NCBI GenBank assembly: GCA_963719425.1
Contig: OY970382.1
Coordinates: forward strand, 385,246-449,245
Direction of reading: 5' to 3'
Origin: an uncultured bacterium
GTDB taxonomy: Bacteria > Patescibacteriota > Minisyncoccia > UBA6257 > 2-01-FULL-56-20
Length of the DNA stretch: 64,000 nt
The notes under the pieces are model-generated. The model was not told the origin of the DNA, searched no databases, and saw only the letters and a program-made list of their open reading frames with translations. The position numbers were made by a program, and so were the translations under genes. Shown piece after piece: positions 36,388 to 45,441 of the stretch (its first letter is position 1; every line of letters starts with the position of its first letter).

Positions 36388-37065
36388 CTACAGCCCTTCC
36401 GCGGCGCGGCGGTAGTTGCAATAATCGCAGGTCAGCGTCGGGTCCGGCGCCTCGGGCTGGTCCAGCGTCGCCCGCGCGCTCATAAGCGCCTGCGCCACCC
36501 ACGAATCGTCGCCAACGAGCGGCTCCACAAAAAGATCAAACGCAAGCGACGCGGTCCCGTCGCCGAATCCCTTCCCCTTGTCCACGCGCGCAAACACAAA
36601 ATAACCGACTGAAGCAACGTCAAATTTGTTTTGCCGCAAGAGCCACTGGTAAATTTCCATCTGCCGCCGATAGGAATCATAAATCTTGTGCTCGCGCGCG
36701 CCGGTCGCTTTATAATCCACGACGATGAGCTTTCCCTCGGGATTCACCCAGATATCATCCACCGCGCCAGTGACCAAAAAGTCCGTCGGTTCGTGATGGA
36801 ACTGTACGCCGGTAAAATTATGCCGCCACTGGTCCAGCTTTTCGTGTTGGAACGGAATCGCGTCAATTTTATTTTTGACCATCACTGGATGCGGCCGCCC
36901 CTTCGCGCGGTGTACGTCAAATTCCTCTTTCAGCAAGAAATCCACCGCATTGTTGAGCGTAAAGGGCATGCTCGGCGGGCGCTTGATCCCCTTGTTAAGA
37001 TCAAGCCAAAAGCACTTCCGACATTCAAGAAACAGTTCCAACTTTGAGCGGGAGAGTTTCGTCAT
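36388..37065 (-). CDS. PD-(D/E)XK nuclease of the Cas4 / RecB-like (DUF83) type with N- and C-terminal Cys pairs.
   Basis: ECRKCF at the N-terminus, VVDYKATG (D..K), QMEIYQWLL (QxxxY), and C-terminal CDYCNY. Stand-alone, with no CRISPR nearby. Confidence 0.7.
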   Translation of the reverse strand: MTKLSRSKLELFLECRKCFWLDLNKGIKRPPSMPFTLNNAVDFLLKEEFDVHRAKGRPHPVMVKNKIDAIPFQHEKLDQWRHNFTGVQFHHEPTDFLVTGAVDDIWVNPEGKLIVVDYKATGAREHKIYDSYRRQMEIYQWLLRQNKFDVASVGYFVFARVDKGKGFGDGTASLAFDLFVEPLVGDDSWVAQALMSARATLDQPEAPDPTLTCDYCNYRRAAEGL

Positions 37066-37096
37066 TGAAAAACAGTGTCACTATTATAACTGAAAT

Positions 37097-37366
37097 TCAT
37101 TTCATTGAAAAATCAGAAAATTTACCAGTAGCCTCCGACCACTCCGTTTCCACCCGCTCCACCTTCGCAAGCCACGGCCCTTTGCCACACCATGCGAGAA
37201 AATTCTTAAGCGCTGCCTCCTGCCCCTCCACTTCAATGTATACCGAACCGTCCGGCTCGTTCCGCGCAAAGCCCACGAGCTTTCGTTTTCGCGCTTCCGC
37301 TTGCGCGGCGTATCGGAACCCAATGCCTTGCACGCGCCCGTAAATTCTAATCGCGAGACATTTCAT
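37097..37366 (-). CDS. acyP: Acylphosphatase.
   Basis: GRVQGIGFR motif. Start taken at the internal Met (MKCLAIRIYGRVQG) to limit overlap with the hydrolase gene. Confidence 0.8.
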   Translation of the reverse strand: MKCLAIRIYGRVQGIGFRYAAQAEARKRKLVGFARNEPDGSVYIEVEGQEAALKNFLAWCGKGPWLAKVERVETEWSEATGKFSDFSMK

Positions 37367-38213
37367 GAAGTATCTTCTCCGCCCAGGTAATCGCGTAATC
37401 GGCGATTTCTTCCCATCCCGGTTCCACAACGGAGAGATGGGTCCTTTGTGGAAACTCTTTGAATTCGGTAATTGCCTTTGAAGAACGATACTTCGTGAAA
37501 TTGGCGCGATTCATGCCGGGCGGCACAACATTATCCCTTTCCCCCGCAATGAAGAGGAGCGGAGCTCGCGCCTCATTCGCAAAATTGACCGCTGCTTCTC
37601 TACTAAGGAGGAGTTGAAAAAATATCTTCCCTGGCGCGGGAACAAGGTAAGCATCAACCAGTTTTCGCTGTGCCGCTTCCGGAAAGGCCTGGGCAAAATT
37701 CTTTTTCAGATTTCCGAATGACAACGTAACAGTTTTCTTCCAAACGCCCCAGTGAAGAAAGGTGGGAAGAAGTCCGAAAAGCTTCCGAATCGCACTCCAC
37801 CCTGGAAATACACCGCGTGGCGGTCCCGATTCGATAGCAATACCGCACGCGCCCAGCCCCCTATCAAGCAGAAGCTGTACTAAAAGACCGCCAAAAGAAT
37901 GGCCTATGAGAATCGGCGGCTCATCAAGCTTCGTGATAATCGCAGCGTAGTAATCGGCGATCTCTTTTATCCCAAGCGTGGCGATGCGAGGATCGGTTCG
38001 TTGATTCAGCTCCGCCACGGAACGATCGAAATACGGCCATGCAGGCGCAAGGCAATGATAGCCGCGCTGTTCGTAATAACGCTTGAACGGTTCCCAATAT
38101 TGCGGAGTCACCCACGCGCCATGAATCAAAACGATGGTGTGCCGCGTGTGCAACATATCATTCCTTATGCCCTTCTTGGTTCGCATAGACGAAATAAATT
38201 CATGCAGCGCCAT
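37347..38213 (-). CDS. Alpha/beta-fold hydrolase.
   Basis: GHSFGG nucleophile elbow, 288 aa. Confidence 0.8.
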   Translation of the reverse strand: MALHEFISSMRTKKGIRNDMLHTRHTIVLIHGAWVTPQYWEPFKRYYEQRGYHCLAPAWPYFDRSVAELNQRTDPRIATLGIKEIADYYAAIITKLDEPPILIGHSFGGLLVQLLLDRGLGACGIAIESGPPRGVFPGWSAIRKLFGLLPTFLHWGVWKKTVTLSFGNLKKNFAQAFPEAAQRKLVDAYLVPAPGKIFFQLLLSREAAVNFANEARAPLLFIAGERDNVVPPGMNRANFTKYRSSKAITEFKEFPQRTHLSVVEPGWEEIADYAITWAEKILHEMSRD

Positions 38214-38784
38214 TTCGTAGTACGACTATTTTCCTGTCGCGCACGCTCACCACAGTTGATGGCCTCGCCGCCAACCGTCCTGTATCAATATAAAATTGCA
38301 CCTTGTCGCCGAAATATTTCTTCGCTTCGCGGATCGTCCTCGCCGACGGCTCACCTTCAACGTTTGCGCTTGGTGCGACGAGCGGACCCGTTTCCCGAAG
38401 CAACGCCCGAAGCCACGTTGGTTTGGGCACGCGGAATGCAAGCGTTTTGGTTCCGCGATGGAGATAGGCGAATGTTCGAGAGCGGCACGGCAAAATAATG
38501 CTTACCTTTCCCGGCCATACTTTCTTCAAGATCTTTTTTGTGCGCACGTTGGGCTCTACCCCAAAACGCCGCATCTCATCCGGCGACGCGATCAGAACAA
38601 TCATCGGCTTTTTCGGATCCCGCCTCCGCAAACGATAGATCCGCTCCACCGTGCGCCGCCGGAGCGCGGAGCCGACAAGGCCGTAGATCGTGTCGGTCGG
38701 CATCACACCAACATCACCCGCCACGAGTATCTCGCTTGCGGCTCGGACGGTCCGTGCAAAACGGCGCATTTTCACGTTGCCCAT
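38200..38784 (-). CDS. tsaC: L-threonylcarbamoyladenylate synthase (YrdC/Sua5 family).
   Basis: PTDTIYGL and SANVEGEPS-like motifs. Confidence 0.85.
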   Translation of the reverse strand: MGNVKMRRFARTVRAASEILVAGDVGVMPTDTIYGLVGSALRRRTVERIYRLRRRDPKKPMIVLIASPDEMRRFGVEPNVRTKKILKKVWPGKVSIILPCRSRTFAYLHRGTKTLAFRVPKPTWLRALLRETGPLVAPSANVEGEPSARTIREAKKYFGDKVQFYIDTGRLAARPSTVVSVRDRKIVVLRNGAA

Positions 38785-38807
38785 AGCTCTTATGGTATCA
38801 TTATGGT

Positions 38808-39395
38808 ATGGCCTTCATAAACAAATACAGCGGAATCATCATCGTCGTGCTTATTATCGCAGTCGTCGTACTCTCCGCGCTCCTTATAGCGCAAAACAGC
38901 GGCACCCCGAGCCCCTCGCCCACTACCGCACCGATTCCTACCTCTACCTCCACCACCTCCGCTTCCGGCACTCCTGCGCAAGCCGCCGAAAACCAAACCT
39001 CCACGAAATCTAATGTTCCTTCCGCTCCGCGCCACAGCGCTGCCAGCAGTGGCATCGCGCCTGCAACGACCGGTTTCGTCATTCGTCTCGTTAATCCGAT
39101 TCCGGGCGAAATATGGATCATCGCGCAGCAGAACCTCATAAGCTGGGACCGTGAAGCGGGAGTGGCGGGGCAAATAGAACTGCTTGACGCTGCAACCTAC
39201 AAACTGGTCGGCGTGATTCTCAATCAAATCGGACCGAGCCAGACCTCCTACACGTGGAACACGAGGGATCTCCTTTTGAGCCGGAACAATCCTGCAAAAA
39301 CAACGGTGGTGCCGGGACAATACGTCGTCCGGATCGCGTTTGACGGCAACAACCTTTCGCCGATCACGAGCCAGCCGATAACGATCACGCAATAA
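38808..39395 (+). CDS. Membrane-anchored secreted protein with a Ser/Thr/Pro-rich linker and a C-terminal beta-sandwich domain, hypothetical.
   Basis: 195-aa ORF with an N-terminal TM. Confidence 0.55.
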   Translation: MAFINKYSGIIIVVLIIAVVVLSALLIAQNSGTPSPSPTTAPIPTSTSTTSASGTPAQAAENQTSTKSNVPSAPRHSAASSGIAPATTGFVIRLVNPIPGEIWIIAQQNLISWDREAGVAGQIELLDAATYKLVGVILNQIGPSQTSYTWNTRDLLLSRNNPAKTTVVPGQYVVRIAFDGNNLSPITSQPITITQ

Positions 39396-40659
39396 AGAGA
39401 CGCCGGCGGAGCGCCTTGTGATATCCGATCGCGAACCGGTGCGCTTCGTTGCGCACGCGGACGAGCGTGGACTTCTGCACGCCCTTGGGAACAGTGCCTA
39501 CGACGTCGTTGCGCTTCCGCTCCGGTCCCTTCGCGATGCCTATGATCGGGATCCGCAAGCCGGCGTGCAGGAGCACGCGCCGCGCCGCATTCACCTGCGC
39601 GATGCCGCCGTCGATCAGGATGAGGTCCGGCAAGCGCCATCCCCCGGCATCATTTTTTCCGTCTGCGGAAAAACCAGCGCCGTGGCCAGCACTTCTAAAA
39701 TGCTTGAACCGCCGCTCTAAAACTTCCGTGAGCATGCCCACGTCATTCGGTTTGAAAATGCTGCGAATCCTGAATTTCCGATATTCGTTCTTGTTCGGCT
39801 CACCGTTCTCAAACACCACCATGGAACCGACCGCCGAGGTGCCAGAGATATTTGATATATCGTATCCCTCAATGCGGTAAACGCTGCCCGCCGATTTTTC
39901 GTCCACGCCATTCGTACGTGCGCCCGGCATTACCAATATCTCCGAATCGGAAATGAGCGCTGTGTCGCGGATGTGCCTGAGTGCGAAGATTTGCCGACGC
40001 AACTTCTCCGCCGCTTCAAAATCCAACTTCCTGCTTGCCGCATTCATCTCTTTCATTAGTGATTGGAGAAGGCGCTTTTTCTTCCCGAGAAGAATGAGCC
40101 GGAGTCGGTGTATGTTCTTCATATACTCTTCGCGCGAGATCTCGCCCACACACGTTCCCGGGCACAGCCCAATTTCATAATCAAAGCATGGCCGCGTGAA
40201 CTTCCCGAGCCGTTCCGGATCGTGCGTGCTCCACGGAAAGATCTTTCGGAGAATCCGCAATGCCTCCCGCACATTTGAAGCCGACGTGAATGGGCCGAAA
40301 CGCGAACCGTTCTCAGGACTCTTCCCGCGCACCAAGAGCACGCGCGGAAACTTCTCTTTCGTAATTTCTACGCTCAAGAAACTTTTGTCGTCCTTCTCGC
40401 GCACATTGAACGGCGGCGTGAACTTCTTGATAAACTCCGCCTCTAAAATGAGCGCCTCAAGTGCCGTGTCGGTTTTCTCGTAATCAATCTTCGCGATCTT
40501 CCGCACAAGCGTTTCAATCCGCACGTCATGCGGCCGCTCAAAATAGCTCGCGACGCGCCGGCGCAGGTTCCCCGCTTTCCCTACGTAAAGCACGCGGCCA
40601 TTACCGCCCTTCATCAAATACACGCCCGGCGTCTCCGGAAACTTCTTATAGTTGATCAC
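39385..40659 (-). CDS. uvrC: Excinuclease ABC subunit C, short form lacking the C-terminal HhH region.
   Basis: GIY-YIG (GVYLMKG...VLYVGKA), UvrBC-like helix region and an RNase H-like endonuclease domain in 424 aa. The HhH absence was judged by length and eye, not a search. Confidence 0.9.
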   Translation of the reverse strand: MINYKKFPETPGVYLMKGGNGRVLYVGKAGNLRRRVASYFERPHDVRIETLVRKIAKIDYEKTDTALEALILEAEFIKKFTPPFNVREKDDKSFLSVEITKEKFPRVLLVRGKSPENGSRFGPFTSASNVREALRILRKIFPWSTHDPERLGKFTRPCFDYEIGLCPGTCVGEISREEYMKNIHRLRLILLGKKKRLLQSLMKEMNAASRKLDFEAAEKLRRQIFALRHIRDTALISDSEILVMPGARTNGVDEKSAGSVYRIEGYDISNISGTSAVGSMVVFENGEPNKNEYRKFRIRSIFKPNDVGMLTEVLERRFKHFRSAGHGAGFSADGKNDAGGWRLPDLILIDGGIAQVNAARRVLLHAGLRIPIIGIAKGPERKRNDVVGTVPKGVQKSTLVRVRNEAHRFAIGYHKALRRRLFIA

Positions 40660-40684
40660 TTTTTAATTTTTAGCAGATAAGCGG

Positions 40685-40965
40685 CTAACTCCCCAACAAC
40701 ACATACACCGCGCACTTGCCAATCTCGGGCAGGAGGCCACCCTCTATCGCTTCGCTTACCTTTTCTAAGGGAATCTTTTCGTTGCTACCGTAGGAAATCA
40801 GATGGTCACCCTCCAGGTACGCCAGCTTGTGGCCATCCTCGCCGTACACGAAGTTCGCCTCAAAGTAGCCGAGTCTTTTGCCATCATGGCGCGAATGTGA
40901 TCACCATCAATCCACCCCACCTTCTGCCCGCCGCGCCAGATGTCGTTGCCGACGATTTTGACCAT
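40685..40965 (-). pseudogene. Small beta-repeat (4-fold beta-flower-like) protein gene interrupted by a frameshift at an A4 run (~40878-40881).
   Basis: Frame A reads MVKIVGNDIWRGGQKVGWIDGDHIRAMMAK. Frame +2 continues DGKRLGYFEANFVYGEDGHKLAYLEGDHLISYGSNEKIPLEKVSEAIEGGLLPEIGKCAVYVLLGS. One extra A would fuse the two. Confidence 0.4.
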
Positions 40966-40983
40966 AGCCTTATTATAACAAAT

Positions 40984-43539
40984 TCATTGTGCGAGAACTT
41001 TCCTCAAATACTGCCCGGTGTAGCTCGCCGCCTTGCGCACGATCTGTTCCGGCGTGCCAACCGCAACGACGCGCCCGCCGCGCTCGCCGCCTTCGGGACC
41101 AAGGTCAACAATCCAATCGGCGGTCTTGATAACATCCAGGTTGTGTTCAATGATAACGACGGTGTTTCCCCTGTCCACAAGCCGCTGAAGCACTTTCACC
41201 AGTTGATCAACATCTGCGAAGTGCAAACCGGTCGTTGGTTCGTCAAGCAAGTAGAGCGTCCGGCGCGTGTCGCGCTTGCCAAGTTCGGCGGAAAGCTTGA
41301 TGCGTTGCGCTTCGCCGCCGGACAAGGTCGTCGCCGACTGGCCGAGTTCCAAATATCCAAGCCCCACTTCTTCCAAAATTGTGAGCTTCTCGTGAAGCCA
41401 CGGAATGTCCTCAAAAAATTTCACCGCTTCCTCCACTGTCATCCGCAAGATGTCGTAAATATTTTTGCTGTGATACTCCACCGCGAGCGTCTCGCGATCA
41501 AAGCGCTTGCCCTTGCAGACATCGCAGGTCACATAGACCGTTGGCAAAAAGTGCATCTCAATCGCGATCGTGCCATGGCCTTCGCAGTTCTCGCAACGGC
41601 CGCCCGGCACATTGAAGCTGAACCGCCCCGGCTTGTAGCCGCGCACGCGCGCGTCCTCCGTCGCGACAAAAAGATCGCGGACGTGCGTCCAGGCGCCCAC
41701 ATAGGTTGCAGGATTTGACCGCGGCGTGCGGCCGATGGCCGACTGGTCAATATTCACGATACGGTTTATGTATTCCAAACCGAGCATCTGCTCCATGCTG
41801 CCCGCCTTGTAGTTCGCGCGATTCAGTTTATCCGCGATCGTTTTATAGAGCACATCGTAAACCAGGCTGGACTTGCCGGAGCCAGAAACGCCCGTCACCG
41901 CTACCATCCGGCGCAATGGAATATCCACATCAATGTCTCTCAGATTGTTCGCGTGCGCACCGCGAATCTTCAAATATTCCTGCTTGCTGGGCGAATCCAC
42001 CTTCCGCCGCTCGGCCGGCACGTCAATAAACTTTTTCCCGCGCAAATATTGAAGCGTGAGCGAATCTTTTTTTGCATCTTTGATAATCTCCGGAATCGGC
42101 CCCTGCGCCACGATGCGGCCGCCATGCACGCCAGCGGCAGGTCCGATGTCCACGAGATAATCCGACTTGCGGATCGTTTCTTCGTCGTGTTCCACTACAA
42201 TGATCGTGTTCCCAAGGTCACGCAGGTCGTAGAGCGTCTGGATGAGCTTCGCGTTGTCGCGTTGATGGAGTCCGATTGTTGGTTCGTCCAGAATATAAAG
42301 CGTGCCGACAAGCCGCGACCCGATCTGCGATGCGAGCCGGATCCGCTGCGCCTCGCCGCCCGACAACGTTCCCGCCTTGCGGTCAAGCGTCAAATATTCC
42401 AAACCGACGTCTGTCATGAACTTCAGCCGGCTCTTGATCTCGCGGAGCGGCGCCTCGGCGACTTCCGCGAGCGATGTACTCTTGAATTTCATCTTTTCAA
42501 AAAAAGTATATGCCTCCTCAATGGAAAATGCCGTCGTGTGATTGATGTTTTTGCCGTCAATCAAAACACTCAAGCTTTCCTCGCGCAGGCGCTTTCCCGC
42601 GCACGCGGGGCAGATCTCTTCCGACCAGATATCTCTCGTGCCCAAGCCGTGGCATTCCGGACACGCGCCGTAGGGGCTATTGAACGAAAATAGGCGCGGC
42701 TCAATCTCGGGGAATGAGAATCCGTCATGCGGACAGGTGAACTTCGCGGACAAAGAGACTTCCTTGTCCGTGATGATCGTCACGACATCATTGCCGTATT
42801 TCAGCGCCGATTCAATCGCCTCCGCGAGCCGCAAGCGATTATCCTTCTCTTTGAAATTCATGCTGGCGGGCATCCGGTCCACGACAAGCTCAATCGTATG
42901 CGTCTTGTAGCGCGAAAGTTCCACGCGCTCACGGAGCGAATGATATTTCCCGTCAATGCGCACCTCGCTGAATCCGGCGTTCAGAAAATCGTAAAGCATC
43001 TGGTAATACTCCCCTTTTCGGCCGCGCACGACGGGTGCCAAAATGACCATATTTTTCCCAACCGTGTCGCGCGCAGGGACAGCATTTTTCTTGTCGTTCT
43101 CGCTCGCGATGCCAATCGCTACGTCCACGATCTCTTCGTTCGCAAGTTTTTTAATCTCACGGCCGCATATAGGACAGAACGGTTTTCCGACCCTTGCAAA
43201 AAGCACGCGGAGGTAGTCATAGATTTCCGTGATCGTCGCGACCGTGGAGCGCGGGTTTGAGGAATGGCTTTTCTGATCAATGGAGATCGCGGGCGAGAGC
43301 CCCTCAATATCGTCCACGTCCGGCTTGTCCAAGCGCCCCAAAAATTGCCGCGCATAGGCGGACAAGGATTCTATGTAGCGGCGCTGACCCTCGGCGAAGA
43401 TCGTGTCAAACGCCAAACTGGACTTCCCCGAACCAGAAAGCCCCGTAAAAACGACCATCTTGTCCCGCGGGATCTCAAGATTGATATTCTTCAAATTATG
43501 CTCGCGTGCGCCTTTAATGATGATCTTGTCGTGCGGCAT
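40984..43539 (-). CDS. uvrA: Excinuclease ABC subunit A.
   Basis: Two ABC ATPase modules (GLSGSGKSS / [17 protein letters not shown] x2) and zinc fingers, 851 aa. Confidence 0.95.
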   Translation of the reverse strand: MPHDKIIIKGAREHNLKNINLEIPRDKMVVFTGLSGSGKSSLAFDTIFAEGQRRYIESLSAYARQFLGRLDKPDVDDIEGLSPAISIDQKSHSSNPRSTVATITEIYDYLRVLFARVGKPFCPICGREIKKLANEEIVDVAIGIASENDKKNAVPARDTVGKNMVILAPVVRGRKGEYYQMLYDFLNAGFSEVRIDGKYHSLRERVELSRYKTHTIELVVDRMPASMNFKEKDNRLRLAEAIESALKYGNDVVTIITDKEVSLSAKFTCPHDGFSFPEIEPRLFSFNSPYGACPECHGLGTRDIWSEEICPACAGKRLREESLSVLIDGKNINHTTAFSIEEAYTFFEKMKFKSTSLAEVAEAPLREIKSRLKFMTDVGLEYLTLDRKAGTLSGGEAQRIRLASQIGSRLVGTLYILDEPTIGLHQRDNAKLIQTLYDLRDLGNTIIVVEHDEETIRKSDYLVDIGPAAGVHGGRIVAQGPIPEIIKDAKKDSLTLQYLRGKKFIDVPAERRKVDSPSKQEYLKIRGAHANNLRDIDVDIPLRRMVAVTGVSGSGKSSLVYDVLYKTIADKLNRANYKAGSMEQMLGLEYINRIVNIDQSAIGRTPRSNPATYVGAWTHVRDLFVATEDARVRGYKPGRFSFNVPGGRCENCEGHGTIAIEMHFLPTVYVTCDVCKGKRFDRETLAVEYHSKNIYDILRMTVEEAVKFFEDIPWLHEKLTILEEVGLGYLELGQSATTLSGGEAQRIKLSAELGKRDTRRTLYLLDEPTTGLHFADVDQLVKVLQRLVDRGNTVVIIEHNLDVIKTADWIVDLGPEGGERGGRVVAVGTPEQIVRKAASYTGQYLRKVLAQ

Positions 43540-43772
43540 GGTGGCAATACGTAAACTTCCCCCGAGTCGTGCTCACGAGGGGTATAAGAAAAAGCTTAGT
43601 GATATCCGTACTGAAAGTCAACGCGCTCCTTGTTAGGTCAGTGGCTATCGGTGGCTACTAGATGTAGCGTGCCAGCAGGCCCGGACGATGCTTGTGCACA
43701 GCTACTCTATGTTTGCTCTATGCTAGAATAAGTCTGTGGACGATTTGCGCCAAAATATGTCTGAGCAAGTCC

Positions 43773-44777
43773 ATGGATAATAAAGGTAGAGGAGTCATAC
43801 TGGACTTTTCCGCGCAAAAACGGCGTACATTTCTTGTAACGGGTGTTGTTTTTGTAGTCCTGCTCATAATTCCGGGGTTAATCGGCGTCGCCTATTACCA
43901 AGCCGACCAAAGCCTTACGGCACAGATATACCTTCAGCAACAAACTTTGGTCAATCTTGCGACAAGCGCGCTGGAAATCAAAATCAATCGTCTCGTTGAG
44001 ATAGGAGAGTTAGTTGCATCGTCTGACCAAATCTCCAAGGATGCCGCGAATGGCCATTGGAGCGATGCAGCGAACTTTGCGCGCGATATGGAGAACGATG
44101 TTGCCTATGATACCTTCATCGATAGAATTATCTTCTACGACGCGGACGGCATCCAACAGTCGGCATATCCGGAACTCAAAGGCGGCCTTGGGACAGCTGC
44201 GACGAGCACGGATTGGTATCGTTTATTAAGCAGTGGAGGAAACTTCTACGTTTCCGGCGTGTCACAACGGATTTCTGTACCACGGATCAATGTGGTAAGC
44301 ATTATAACGCCAATAAAGACCGGCGGGACAATCAACGGCTTTTCAGTTCTCCAAATCCCTGCGCGTAATTTCTTAGAGTTCGGTACGGATCTTTCCCTTG
44401 GGACCTACGGGTTTGCATATATTGTTGACTCAAAAGGCAACCTTGTGGCGCACCCACAGTTCTCTTCGCAGAACGGCGAGGTGGTCAATTATTCTTTTGT
44501 GCCGGCGGTAAAGGAGATAATGGCAGGTAAGACGGGAGTGATGATTGTTTATAATCAGAATGGGACCGAGAAAAGCATTGTGGGATACGAGCCGTTGCAG
44601 CGGTATCGGTGGGGAGTTGTGATACAAGAATTGTACGACGAAGTGTTTGCACCAAGAGACAGCATCCTTTTTTCCTACCTGATCGAGATGATAACCGCCT
44701 TCGTATTTGACCTCTTGTTTTCCTATCTTGTGCTCAGATTATTGCTTGCCAAGGCCAAGAAATACCAAAAGCCATGA
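43773..44777 (+). CDS. Cache-type extracytoplasmic sensor domain protein with two TM segments and no cytoplasmic output domain.
   Basis: TM, periplasmic Cache-like domain, TM, stop. The probable start is MDNKGRG at 43773; the track ORF starts at 43692. 4-nt overlap with the pilin gene. Confidence 0.65.
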   Translation: MDNKGRGVILDFSAQKRRTFLVTGVVFVVLLIIPGLIGVAYYQADQSLTAQIYLQQQTLVNLATSALEIKINRLVEIGELVASSDQISKDAANGHWSDAANFARDMENDVAYDTFIDRIIFYDADGIQQSAYPELKGGLGTAATSTDWYRLLSSGGNFYVSGVSQRISVPRINVVSIITPIKTGGTINGFSVLQIPARNFLEFGTDLSLGTYGFAYIVDSKGNLVAHPQFSSQNGEVVNYSFVPAVKEIMAGKTGVMIVYNQNGTEKSIVGYEPLQRYRWGVVIQELYDEVFAPRDSILFSYLIEMITAFVFDLLFSYLVLRLLLAKAKKYQKP

Positions 44778-45421
44778 AAAAAGGCTTCACCCTCATCGAG
44801 CTTTTGATCGTGATCGCAATCATAGCGGTCATCTCGGTCGTCATCATTTTATCTTTGAACCCAGCGGAATTGCTGCGTCAAGCAAGAGATTCCAACCGGA
44901 TCTCCGACATGGCAACATTGAAAAGCGCCCTTTCGCTTTATCTGACAGACGTAATAATCCCCAATCTCGGAACCTCCACCATCTGTTATGCGAGCAACAG
45001 TACCACGACATTTGCCGTCGTGAGCAGCACGGGGTCGTGGACCGCGCCTGCCACCGCCGCGAACTGCGCGTATTGGTTTTCCACCGCAAGCACCACCAAC
45101 ACGATCGCCACGACGTCAAGGTTGACAACAGGTAACGGTTGGCTCCCGGTCAATCTCGCAGGTATCTCTTCCGGGTCGCCCCTTAGCCAGGAGCCGATTG
45201 ACCCCAAAAACCAGGGCGGGGACTCCACCTGCACCGGCTCCTCCCCCGCGCTCTCGAGTTGCTCCCTTTTCTACAGCTACATCACGAGCGGTACGAGCTT
45301 CAAGCTCGCAGCGTTCATGGAGAGCGCGAAATTCTATAAAGGCGGCGCTAGCGACGTCACGTCAAAAGACGGCGGGAATAACCCGTACGTTTACGAGCAG
45401 GGAACAGGCCTAAGTCTGTAG
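44774..45421 (+). CDS. Type IV pilin / pseudopilin with a prepilin N-terminal methylation motif.
   Basis: MKKGFTLIELLIVIAIIAV N-terminus. Confidence 0.85.
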   Translation: MKKGFTLIELLIVIAIIAVISVVIILSLNPAELLRQARDSNRISDMATLKSALSLYLTDVIIPNLGTSTICYASNSTTTFAVVSSTGSWTAPATAANCAYWFSTASTTNTIATTSRLTTGNGWLPVNLAGISSGSPLSQEPIDPKNQGGDSTCTGSSPALSSCSLFYSYITSGTSFKLAAFMESAKFYKGGASDVTSKDGGNNPYVYEQGTGLSL

Positions 45422-45441
45422 CCGGTGCCTTGGATCCTGGC

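Noticed and set aside
40897-43260. Plus-strand ORFs 40897..41718, 41953..42693, 42727..43260.
   Set aside because: Antisense to uvrA.
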